Assembly: GCA_963704165.1 (NCBI GenBank)
Contig: CAVPHD010000001.1
Coordinates: 637,072 to 701,071, forward strand
Source of the DNA: an uncultured delta proteobacterium
GTDB taxonomy: Bacteria > Myxococcota_A > UBA9160 > SZUA-336
Direction of reading: 5' to 3'
Length of the DNA: 64,000 nt
The notes beneath the pieces were generated by a model. It was not told the origin of the DNA. It worked only from the letters and a program-made list of their open reading frames with translations, and did not search any database. The position numbers were made by a program, and so were the translations under genes. Below are positions 10,644 through 19,024 of the stretch, piece after piece; the stretch's first letter is position 1; each line of letters begins with the position of its first letter.

Positions 10644-11616
10644 CTACACGTGGTTGCGAAGCATCAGTTCCTTCGGGTGCGGGTCGAGGTAGATCTGATC
10701 GCGCAGGTAGGCGACCTCGAGCCTGCGCACGTGGTGGCGCAGCAGCGAGACTGGGACGACGAGCGGCACGAGCCCGAGCCTGTAGTCCTCGACCAATTCA
10801 GCGAGCTCGGCGCGGTCGGATGAATCGAGCCCGTCGCGCAGGTAGCCGACCATGTGCTGCAACACGTTGGTGTGTCGGCGTGAGGTGGCGATCTTCGCGA
10901 GGGCGCTCCATGAAGCCCCGCTCGTAACGGTCGCGCAGCTTCGGGCGCGCGAGCTTCTTCGCACCTGCGACGAGTCGGCCGAGGCGACGGTACTCGACCT
11001 CGGAGTGCGCCAGAAGCAGCAGCTTGTGCGCGGTGTGGAAGGCGATCAGCTCGCCCAGCGTCCAGCGCGCGCGAAAGAGCGCGCGCAGCCGGCGGTAGGC
11101 GAAGATCCGCTCGATGAAGTTCTCGCGCAGCGAGGCGTCGGTGAGCCGGCCCTCCTCCTCGACCGGCAGCGTTCCGAGGCGCGCGATCAGCGCCGAGGCG
11201 AACAGGCCGCGTCCGTTCCGTGTCGCCTGCCCGCCCTCGTGCCAGACCTTCACTCGCTCCATGCCGCAGCTCGGCGAGTCCTTCTTCAGCACGTAGCCGC
11301 ACAGCTCGAGCGGCTCGAGCTCGCGGGTGCGCCTGGTCGAGAACGACGTCATCGCGCGCGTGTGGTCGGCGCCGGTACGCGGCTCGATCAGGCGCAGGCC
11401 ATCCCCGTCATCGACGAGCCGGATCGACGGGCGCGGCACGCTCAGACCCATCTCGACCTCGGGACAGACCGGCACCCATTCGACGAACTCACCGAGCAGC
11501 TCGGTCAGGAACGCGTTGCGCTTGTGAGCACCGTCGTGGCGCACCTTGCGCCCCAGCAGGCAAGAAGATGCTCCGAGGCGAAGAGGTGCGTCGTCCGCGA
11601 GCCAGCGTGCCGTCAT
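10644..11616 (-). CDS. DUF523/DUF1722 (YbgA / 2-thiouracil desulfurase family) protein, frameshift near 10905
   Basis: SSCLLG..VRHDG, VCPEVEMG, KDSPSCG, LPVEEEGRL; the C-terminal NVLQHMVGY...PKELMLRNHV is in another frame. Confidence 0.9.
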
Positions 11617-13010
11617 CGAGAGAGCGCCGCACGGTAGCGCGCCAGCGCGCGCTCGCGCGCCAGCGCGTGATCGACAATCCGTGCCGGGTAGCCCCTCGAT
11701 TCAGCGGGGTGATCCCAGGGCCGGTGCACGCGCGCGCCGGGGAGCCGGCGGAGCTCGGGCAGCCAGCGCCTCACGTACCCGCCTTCGGGATCGAAGCGCT
11801 CGCCCTGGCTGACCGGGTTGAAGATCCGGAAGTACGGCTGCGCGTCGCTACCCGTCGAAGCCGCCCACTGCCAACCGCCGTTGTTGTTCGCCGGATCCCC
11901 GTCCACGAGGTGCTGCATGAAGAACCTCTCGCCGTGTCTCCAGTCGATCAGCAGATCCTTGCAGAGAAAGCTCGCGACGACCATGCGCACGCGGTTGTGC
12001 ATGAAGCCCGATTCGAGAAGCTCGCGCATGCCCGCGTCGACGAACGGGTAACCAGTGCGGCCCTCGCACCAGGCGCGCAGTCCCGCTTCGTCGTCCTCCC
12101 ACTCGATCCGATCGAGCGCGGGCCGGAACGCGCCGCGCAGCACGCGCGGGTGATCGGCGAGGATCGCGTGGTAGAACTCGCGCCAGACCAGTTCGTCCGT
12201 CCACTTCGCGACGCCGGGCACGAGTCGCCGATCCGCACGCGCGGCCGCGAGTGCGCGATCGAGGCATTCGCGCACCGAGATCGTGCCGAAGCGCAGGTGC
12301 GGCGAGAGACGCGACGTGCCCGCGACGGCGGGAAGCTCCCGCTGCCAGGCATAGTCCACGACCGCGCTCGCGAGGAATCGGTCGAGCCGCCTGCGCGCGG
12401 CGCCGCTGCCGCCGGTCGGAACTCGCGTGTCGTCCACTTCGATCTCCAGGTTCGGTGTGGATTCGACGCGCCGTGCGCGCGCCGGCAAGGGCGGAAGTCG
12501 CGGCCCGGCCAGGATCTTCGGCGGCGCCGCGCGGAAGTGCTCCCACCAGCTTCGCCGGTACGGGGTGTACACCGAATAGGGTCGGCCCGCGCGTGTGCGG
12601 ATCTCGTCCGGTTCGAACACCACGCGGTCCTTGCAGGTTTCGACGGCGATGCCGGCATCGTGCAGCGCGCGCGTCACCGCGGCGTCGCGCTCGCGGGCGA
12701 ACGGACTGTAGTCGCGGTTCCAGGTCACGCGCTCCGCGCGGACCTCGCACGCCAGTCTCGCGATCTCGCGAACCGGATCGCCGTGTCGCACGAGCAGTCG
12801 CGAGCCGCGCCGCTCGAGATCGCGGGCCAGCCGCGCCACGCAGTCGGCCAGGAAGTGCACGCGCGGCGCTCCGGCCGCCTCGAGCAGCCGTGGGTCGAAC
12901 ACGAATACGCACGCGAGCCGGTCCGAGCCGAGCGCGGCCGCGCGCAGCGCGGTGTTGTCGCGCGTGCGCAGGTCACTGCGGAACCAGTGCAGTGTGCAGG
13001 CGCTAGCCAT
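11613..13010 (-). CDS. phrB: Deoxyribodipyrimidine photolyase (class I CPD)
   Basis: [63 protein letters not shown]. Confidence 0.95.
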   Translation of the reverse strand: MASACTLHWFRSDLRTRDNTALRAAALGSDRLACVFVFDPRLLEAAGAPRVHFLADCVARLARDLERRGSRLLVRHGDPVREIARLACEVRAERVTWNRDYSPFARERDAAVTRALHDAGIAVETCKDRVVFEPDEIRTRAGRPYSVYTPYRRSWWEHFRAAPPKILAGPRLPPLPARARRVESTPNLEIEVDDTRVPTGGSGAARRRLDRFLASAVVDYAWQRELPAVAGTSRLSPHLRFGTISVRECLDRALAAARADRRLVPGVAKWTDELVWREFYHAILADHPRVLRGAFRPALDRIEWEDDEAGLRAWCEGRTGYPFVDAGMRELLESGFMHNRVRMVVASFLCKDLLIDWRHGERFFMQHLVDGDPANNNGGWQWAASTGSDAQPYFRIFNPVSQGERFDPEGGYVRRWLPELRRLPGARVHRPWDHPAESRGYPARIVDHALARERALARYRAALSR

Positions 13011-13047
13011 GGCCGCGCCCGCTTTCGTTTGCGACTTTGCACTGACG

Positions 13048-13458
13048 ATGAATGCCACGCCCGAGAAGTTCGCGATCAAGGTCCTGTTCGACGGTGATTG
13101 TCCGCTGTGCGCGCGCGAGATCTCGTTCCTGCGCCGTCGCGACCGCCGAGGGCTGATCGCATTCGAGGACATCGCCTCGCCGGACTTCGACGCCGCGCGC
13201 TACGGGCTCGACCGCGAGGCGGTCATGAGCCGCATCCACGGCGTGCTGCCGGACGGCGCGCTGATCGAGGGCGTCGAGGTCTTTCGGCGCCTGTACGCTG
13301 CGATCGGCCTGGGCTGGCTCGTGGCGCCGACGCGCTGGCCGCTTCTGCGCGGGCTCTTCGACCGGGCGTACCGTGTCTTCGCGCGCAATCGCTTGCGCTG
13401 GACCGGCCGCGAGGACGCGGTCTGTACCCCCGAGCGCTGCGAGCGCGCGGATCCCTGA
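13048..13458 (+). CDS. DCC1-like thiol-disulfide oxidoreductase (DUF393)
   Basis: [19 protein letters not shown]. Confidence 0.9.
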   Translation: MNATPEKFAIKVLFDGDCPLCAREISFLRRRDRRGLIAFEDIASPDFDAARYGLDREAVMSRIHGVLPDGALIEGVEVFRRLYAAIGLGWLVAPTRWPLLRGLFDRAYRVFARNRLRWTGREDAVCTPERCERADP

Positions 13459-13472
13459 ACGTGCGCGCGCCT

Positions 13473-14270
13473 TCAACTCGAGCGCGGCGCGCGCGGCGGG
13501 CCGGGCACAAACGGGCGAGTGCGCGCGACGTATTCCGCGTAGCCCGGCCGGCGCTTCACCAGTGAGCGCTCGAGCAGCGCCACGCCGGAGACGCGGCGCA
13601 GCAGGATCGTCATCACGATCGGACCGACGACGGTGTAGGCACCGCCCGGCGTCGAGAGCGCGAGCGCGAACAGTCCCCACCAGACCAGGCAGTCACCGAA
13701 GTAGTTCGGGTGTCGCGTGTAGCGCCACAAGCCGCGGTCCATCACGCGCCCGGCGTTGGCCGGGTCCGCCTTGAAGCGCACGAGCTGCAGGTCGCCGATG
13801 CTCTCGAAGAACATGCCCACGAGCCAGAGCGCGATGCCGACCGCGTCGAACCAGGCGAAGTCCGCGCTCGCCGATGCACGCTGCGCGACCTGCAATGGCA
13901 GCGACACGATCCACATCAGTACGCCCTGCAGGCCGAACACGGTGAACAGGCTGATCAGCGGGAATCGCGCGCCCCAGTACCGGCGCATCGCCTGGTAGCG
14001 GAAGTCCTCGGCCTTGCCCAAGGCGCGCCAGAGCAGGTAGCCGCCGAGCCGGACGCCCCAGATGACCGCGAGCGCCGTCACCAGCGCGCGCCGGGCGAGA
14101 GGTCCTTCCGCGACCGCGAACGTGACCAGCGCGATTCCCGCGAAACCCAGCCCCCAGCTGATGTCGACGATGCTCGCGTCGCGCTTCCACAGCGAGACCA
14201 ACCAGACCGAGACCATGAACGATGCGACGAACGCGCCGGTCGCCGAGAAGATCGAGCCGAGATCGCCCAT
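13473..14270 (-). CDS. DUF1295 membrane protein (steroid 5-alpha-reductase-like)
   Basis: DASIVDISW, EDFRY, GLWRYTRHPNYFGD. Confidence 0.92.
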   Translation of the reverse strand: MGDLGSIFSATGAFVASFMVSVWLVSLWKRDASIVDISWGLGFAGIALVTFAVAEGPLARRALVTALAVIWGVRLGGYLLWRALGKAEDFRYQAMRRYWGARFPLISLFTVFGLQGVLMWIVSLPLQVAQRASASADFAWFDAVGIALWLVGMFFESIGDLQLVRFKADPANAGRVMDRGLWRYTRHPNYFGDCLVWWGLFALALSTPGGAYTVVGPIVMTILLRRVSGVALLERSLVKRRPGYAEYVARTRPFVPGPPRAPRSS

Positions 14271-14750
14271 TCACGAACCTCCCGTGCGCGCGAAGTGCGC
14301 GCGAACGCGTGCGAAGCGGAAGTCGAAGATGCGCGCGAGCAGCCCGCGCACGAGCAACGCGTGGGCCGCCACGCCGATCGGCCCGAACGGCAGGGCGTAG
14401 CGCACCACGTCGCGCATCAGCACGCCGTCGCCGAGCGCCGTGAACTCGTGCGTGTGCTCCCAGTGCGCGTACGGGCCGCGCTCCTGCAAGTCGACGAAGC
14501 GTGCGCAGGGGCTCCCCTTCGGCTCCCAGACGCTGATCCGGGTGCGCCAGCCGATCGGGATGGGGCCGAGCTGGATCCGGTAGTCGATCCGCGCATCCGG
14601 GCCGATCTCGATCGGAAGCGGCGTGCGAATCCGGAAGCCGAGCCAGGGCGGCGTGATCGCCTCGAGGTTCGAGGCGTCCGCGAAGAACGAGACGACACGA
14701 TCCAGTGTCGCCGGAAGCCACTGCTCGCGCTCGAGCACGTGGAGCCTCAT
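14271..14750 (-). CDS. SRPBCC family protein
   Basis: FFADASNLEAITPP, FVDLQERGPYAHWEHTH, IFDFR. Confidence 0.9.
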   Translation of the reverse strand: MRLHVLEREQWLPATLDRVVSFFADASNLEAITPPWLGFRIRTPLPIEIGPDARIDYRIQLGPIPIGWRTRISVWEPKGSPCARFVDLQERGPYAHWEHTHEFTALGDGVLMRDVVRYALPFGPIGVAAHALLVRGLLARIFDFRFARVRAHFARTGGS

Positions 14751-15757
14751 CGCGTGCCCGCCGAGACGAACGCGTCCACCCGCGCCCACTCGTCGAAGAG
14801 CCACTCGATGCGCGCCGCCCGCGCGACGGGGATCGACGCGCGCGGCACGCGCCGGACCCGCACGCGGATGATCCGCTCGTGCGCCCCGAGCCGCAGGATC
14901 TCCGCGGCGGTAGAGAGGTTCTCGAGCCCGGTGTGCGCGACGATGAGCACGTCCGCCGTCGGGTTCGCGTCGAGCAGCGCGAGAGTTCCGGCGCTGCGCG
15001 GCGGAAGCACCGAGCGGAGCGCCTGTGCGCGCGCCAACAACTCCGGTCGTTCCGATGCGGCGATCCGTGTCAGCGCGCGTTCGCGTTTCGCGCGCGTGAA
15101 GCGCGTGCCCTCGGGATAGATCAACACACCCTCATCGGGCTCGAGATCGCGCGCGAGCGCCGCGATCGCGCCGACTTCGCTCTCGCCACTGCCGCGCCGG
15201 ACGAATGCGTTGGGCAGACGTTGCCCGACGATGTCGAGGCAGGGATCCCAAAGCAGTTCGCGCTTCAGCACGTAGCGCAGTCGGATCCCTCGGGCGGAGA
15301 TCACGACGGCGGGCAGGAGTGTATCGGCGAGGCTCGCGTGTCGGATCAGCACGAGCACGGGGCCCGGCTTCACCGCATCCGCGCCCTCGACCGAAAGGCG
15401 CAGCCGCAGGATCCGACTCGCCGCGCGAAACAGGCCGAGCGCCCACCAGTTCTGCAGGCTCCGATGCGCGGCCTGGTACCGCTCACCGGTTCGACCCGGC
15501 GCCGTGAGTCGCGCGAGCCAGAGCCCTCCCGCGACGCTCAGGCCCGCGAGCTCATAGGAGAGGAAGACGATTCCGAACACCCCCAGTCGGGCGCGCGCTC
15601 TGCGCTCGCCGCCGAGTCGATCCGAGAGCCAGAGCAGCGGTAGACCGACCGGTGCAAGCGCGACGGCGGCGAGCCAGAGGAGCGCATAGGCCGGGATCGT
15701 CAGGCTGCGCCGAAGCGCTCGAGTGCACCCGGCCTCTGCGACGATCGGCGCATTCAA
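14747..15757 (-). CDS. Membrane acyltransferase (PlsC family)
   Basis: RHASLAD, LKRELLWDP, YPEGTRF; N-terminal TM segments; start uncertain. Confidence 0.85.
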   Translation of the reverse strand: MNAPIVAEAGCTRALRRSLTIPAYALLWLAAVALAPVGLPLLWLSDRLGGERRARARLGVFGIVFLSYELAGLSVAGGLWLARLTAPGRTGERYQAAHRSLQNWWALGLFRAASRILRLRLSVEGADAVKPGPVLVLIRHASLADTLLPAVVISARGIRLRYVLKRELLWDPCLDIVGQRLPNAFVRRGSGESEVGAIAALARDLEPDEGVLIYPEGTRFTRAKRERALTRIAASERPELLARAQALRSVLPPRSAGTLALLDANPTADVLIVAHTGLENLSTAAEILRLGAHERIIRVRVRRVPRASIPVARAARIEWLFDEWARVDAFVSAGTR

Positions 15758-15929
15758 CGCCGCACATCGTGATTCGCTTCCATCGAACCACGCTCCCTGA
15801 CGCCCCCCTCACGCCCAGCGTACCTCGTCGATCGAGTCGCGCCGAGCGGGACGCGGGTGCCGCGGAGCGAGTGGGGGAGAGGGGCTCGGCGGTCCCCGCG
15901 CCCCGCATCGGCGCGCAAGGTCTGCCGGA

Positions 15930-15950
15930 TGTCTAGATATTATCTAGACA
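15930..15950. promoter_or_regulatory. Putative CarH operator (perfect palindrome, 11-bp periodic TCTAGA repeats)
   Basis: TGTCTAGATA-T-TATCTAGACA, an AT-rich island just after the carH stop and upstream of the plsC-SRPBCC-DUF1295 genes. Confidence 0.7.
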
Positions 15951-15954
15951 AATA

Positions 15955-16860
15955 TCAAGTCGACTCGGCGCGCGCGGCCTCGGCCAGCAGTGCCAGCCGG
16001 GTGTCGAGTGCCGCGAGGTCGAGCACGGTGCGAACTCCGGTCGGTGGAGCGCCGAGTCGGGCGCTACCGGCGCCGCCGAGCCAGAGCTCGATCGATCGCG
16101 GCAGGCGGCGGCGCAGTGCCCGCACCTCGCCGGTCGCGCTGTGCGGATCGAGCGACACGATCCCGAGACCCACCGCGCGCGTGCGCACGCGCAGCGCGGC
16201 TTCTGCGATCTCGTCTGCGGGCAGATCGCAGCCGAGATAGACGACGCCCAAACCGTGCTCCTGCGCGCAGAGCGAGACCATCAGGATTCCGAGCTCGTGC
16301 AGCTCACCGGCCGGGGTCGCGAGCACCAGACTGCACGCGTGCGCTCCACCCGGTGCGTGTCTCGCGCGCGAGAGCACTCCCCGCAGCGCCGCACTCGCGA
16401 CGTGTTCCTCGTTCGGCCTGAGCGCCCCTCTCTCCCAGCGCGCGCCGATCTCCGAGAGCAGCGGCAGGGCGATCCGCTCCAAGAACGCGCGAAGGCCGAG
16501 CAGCGAGAGCTGCATCCCGAGCTGGCGCTCGAGCTCCGCAGCTTCGAGGCCCGACACCGCGTGAAGGATCTCCTCGAGGCTGGCGCTCGGCGCCGGACGT
16601 GTGCGCGCGAGGCGCTCGGCGAGATCCCCGTTCGAGCGCGCGACGGCGTCGCGAATCGGATCGCCCGCCGCGACCGAGGCCGCAAGCAAGCGCAGGCGCG
16701 CGATGTCGTCGGCGCTGTAGCGGCGTGTGCCGCCGGCCGATCGCGTGGGCACCACCGCGCCGTAGCGGCGTTCCCACGCGCGCAGAGCGTGCTCGGACAG
16801 GCCCGTCAGTCGGACCACCGCCGCGATCGGAAAGCCGCCGCTCACACCCCTGCGCGGCAC
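15955..16860 (-). CDS. carH: MerR-family adenosylcobalamin-binding photoreceptor/repressor (CarH/LitR type)
   Basis: LRAWERRYG, GGTRRYS; W-x9-EH (WERGALRPNEEH) and B12-binding GELHELG. Confidence 0.88.
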   Translation of the reverse strand: MPRRGVSGGFPIAAVVRLTGLSEHALRAWERRYGAVVPTRSAGGTRRYSADDIARLRLLAASVAAGDPIRDAVARSNGDLAERLARTRPAPSASLEEILHAVSGLEAAELERQLGMQLSLLGLRAFLERIALPLLSEIGARWERGALRPNEEHVASAALRGVLSRARHAPGGAHACSLVLATPAGELHELGILMVSLCAQEHGLGVVYLGCDLPADEIAEAALRVRTRAVGLGIVSLDPHSATGEVRALRRRLPRSIELWLGGAGSARLGAPPTGVRTVLDLAALDTRLALLAEAARAEST

Positions 16861-16878
16861 GATCGCACCGTCGTGGAC

Positions 16879-17322
16879 TCAGGCATCTCGCATGCGCTCT
16901 CTGAAGTCCCAACTCGTGATGCGCTCCGGCGCGATCCGGATCGCGACCTCGGGCACGCGGCGCCCGAGCAGCCAGCGCGAGAACGCCGACGGATCGTTGC
17001 CCAGGTAGCGCTGCGCGAGTCGCCTCAGAACCGCGTCGCCCTGGTCCGGGATCAGCGTCGCCCGACCCCGACCTCGCACTCCGAAGTACGGCCGCTCGTT
17101 CGGCGCGATCTCGAAGGCGCAGCGCGGCTCGCGCGCGAGCCAAGCGGCTGCGCGCGCGGCCGCCGGCGTCGCGCACCAGAGTGCGGAGTCCTCGAACTCG
17201 AACCAGAGCGAGAAGACGCTCGGCCAGTTCGCGTCGTCCAGGCACCCCAGCCGGACGGGAATCACGCTCCGCTCCAGATGTCGCACCACCTGTTCCTCGT
17301 CCCAAGGGCCGTTCAATCGCAT
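16879..17322 (-). CDS. Pyridoxamine 5'-phosphate oxidase-like flavin-binding protein
   Basis: IPVRLGC...WPSVFSLWF...LWCAT, PYFGVRGRG, IAPERITSWDF. Confidence 0.82.
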   Translation of the reverse strand: MRLNGPWDEEQVVRHLERSVIPVRLGCLDDANWPSVFSLWFEFEDSALWCATPAAARAAAWLAREPRCAFEIAPNERPYFGVRGRGRATLIPDQGDAVLRRLAQRYLGNDPSAFSRWLLGRRVPEVAIRIAPERITSWDFRERMRDA

Positions 17323-17371
17323 CGTTTCGGGCTCCTCGTTGCAGCGCTCCGCGTCCGAGCATAGCCAGATT

Positions 17372-17381
17372 TTGTCTAGAC
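17372..17381. promoter_or_regulatory. Second TTGTCTAGAC site (candidate CarH autoregulatory half-operator)
   Basis: Same TGTCTAGA core as 15930-15950, about 50 bp upstream of the PNPOx-like/carH genes. Confidence 0.5.
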
Positions 17382-17466
17382 GTGTGCGTCCCGGACGGTG
17401 CGCCTCTCGTCCTCGGAGCGCGACGCGGTACACTGCAGAACTGCACGAGGAGGAGATCGAAGAATC

Positions 17467-17835
17467 ATGAGTGACGCGCGACGTGTGGTCGGAGAGCTTT
17501 CAGTCGACGCAAAGAACCTCTACCGCGAGGAGAGCTACACCGATCTGAAGGTCGCGTCGCTCAAGCGCCTCGTGCCGGTCACGGCGACCGGAGAGCCCGA
17601 CCCGAGCCGGGAGACTCGCTGGATCGCGCAGACCCAGCTCATGTCGCAGGTCGGCCCGGTGCCGGTCTCGTGCCTGATCGAAGCCGCCACGCTGCAGGAA
17701 GCGATCGCGAAGTTCCCCGACGCCGTCGGCCGTGCGGTCGAGGAGATGATCGAAGAAGCGCGCGAGCTCCAGCGCAACGAGGCATCGCGGATCGTCGTCC
17801 CGGATGCCGCCTCGATGCGAAAGATCATCAGCTGA
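17467..17835 (+). CDS. Conserved hypothetical cytoplasmic protein
   Basis: GAGGAG RBS; NLYREESYTDLKVA..KRLVPV..GEPDPSR..SRIVVP. Confidence 0.75.
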   Translation: MSDARRVVGELSVDAKNLYREESYTDLKVASLKRLVPVTATGEPDPSRETRWIAQTQLMSQVGPVPVSCLIEAATLQEAIAKFPDAVGRAVEEMIEEARELQRNEASRIVVPDAASMRKIIS

Positions 17836-17840
17836 ACGCC

Positions 17841-18170
17841 ATGGTTCTCGCACGCAGCCGCCACGCACTCGCTCTGTTCGCCTGCGTGACTCTGCTCACG
17901 GCCTGCATGAACGTCGGTCGGCCATTTCCGACCGAAGCGGTCGGCCGGATCCAGATGGGACAGACCACACGCGACGAGATCCACCGGATGTTCGGCGAGC
18001 CGTGGCGCGCGGGCGTCGAGGACGGGCGGCGTACCTGGACCTACGGGCACTACCGCTACAAGCTCTTCGGGACGACCGAGACACGCGACCTCGTGGTCCG
18101 CTTCGACGCCAAGGGCGTCGTCGTCTCGTACACGTTCAACGCCGCGCCGCCGCTCGCGGGCAGCCTCTAG
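17841..18170 (+). CDS. BamE/SmpA-like outer-membrane lipoprotein
   Basis: Lipobox LTAC; GQTTRDEIHRMFGEP, WTY, LVVRFD. Confidence 0.8.
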   Translation: MVLARSRHALALFACVTLLTACMNVGRPFPTEAVGRIQMGQTTRDEIHRMFGEPWRAGVEDGRRTWTYGHYRYKLFGTTETRDLVVRFDAKGVVVSYTFNAAPPLAGSL

Positions 18171-19009
18171 CGCCGACCGAGCTGCTCGAGCGCCTTCTCG
18201 ACGGAGCCACCCGCGGCGTCGAGCGCGCGCTCCGCCTCGGTGGGTGAGACGCCCGCGAGCTCGCACAGGATGCGCACGCCGCGCTCCTGCAGTTTGGTGT
18301 TCACGGCGCGCAGTCCCGTCATCAGGTTTCCCTGGACCCGGCCGAGCTTCACCATGACGGCGGTCGAGAGCGTGTGAAGGATCATCTTCTCGGCGAGCCC
18401 GCCCTTCATCCGCGTCGAGCCCGCGATCACCTCGGGACCCACGACGGCGACGATCGCGATCTCGGCGCTCGATGCGAGCGGCGAATCGGGCACGCAGGTG
18501 ATCCCGATCGTGCGCGCGCCGACGCGCCGAGCGTGCTCGATCCCGGCGAGCGCGTACGGTGTGCGACCGCTCGCCGAGAGCGCGACCAGCGCATCGCCGC
18601 TGCACAGCGTGAGCTTCTCGAGGTCGCGCACCGCCGCTCCGACATCGTCCTCCGCGCCTTCGACCGCGCCGGTCAGCGCCCTCGAACCGCCGGCGATCAG
18701 CGCCTGCACGCGATCCGGCGCGAGGCCGAAGGTCGGCGGGATCTCGGCCGCATCCAGCGCCCCGATCCGGCCGCTCGTTCCAGCGCCGAGGTTGATCCAG
18801 CGTCCGCCGGCCTCGAGCGTCTCGACCAGGGCCTGGCAGCCGCGTTCGAGCGCGGGACGGATCTCGCGCACGGCGACCGAGACGCGCGCATCCTCGTCCA
18901 GGATGCGTGCGACGAGCTCGGAGATCGACAGGCGGTCGAGATCGCGCGTGTTCGGATTGGGCGCCTCGGTCACCGGTCCCGCAGGTGCGGGCTTCTTCGC
19001 ATCCGCCAT
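18167..19009 (-). CDS. murQ: N-acetylmuramic acid 6-phosphate etherase
   Basis: TEAPNP, GAGTSGRIG.LDAAEIPPTF, EGAED, SASGRTPY, GPEVIAGSTRMKGG. Confidence 0.95.
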   Translation of the reverse strand: MADAKKPAPAGPVTEAPNPNTRDLDRLSISELVARILDEDARVSVAVREIRPALERGCQALVETLEAGGRWINLGAGTSGRIGALDAAEIPPTFGLAPDRVQALIAGGSRALTGAVEGAEDDVGAAVRDLEKLTLCSGDALVALSASGRTPYALAGIEHARRVGARTIGITCVPDSPLASSAEIAIVAVVGPEVIAGSTRMKGGLAEKMILHTLSTAVMVKLGRVQGNLMTGLRAVNTKLQERGVRILCELAGVSPTEAERALDAAGGSVEKALEQLGRR

Positions 19010-19024
19010 CTAGAATCCCGATCC

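Noticed and set aside
15758..15929. Cobalamin riboswitch near carH
   Set aside because: No recognisable B12-box or conserved core
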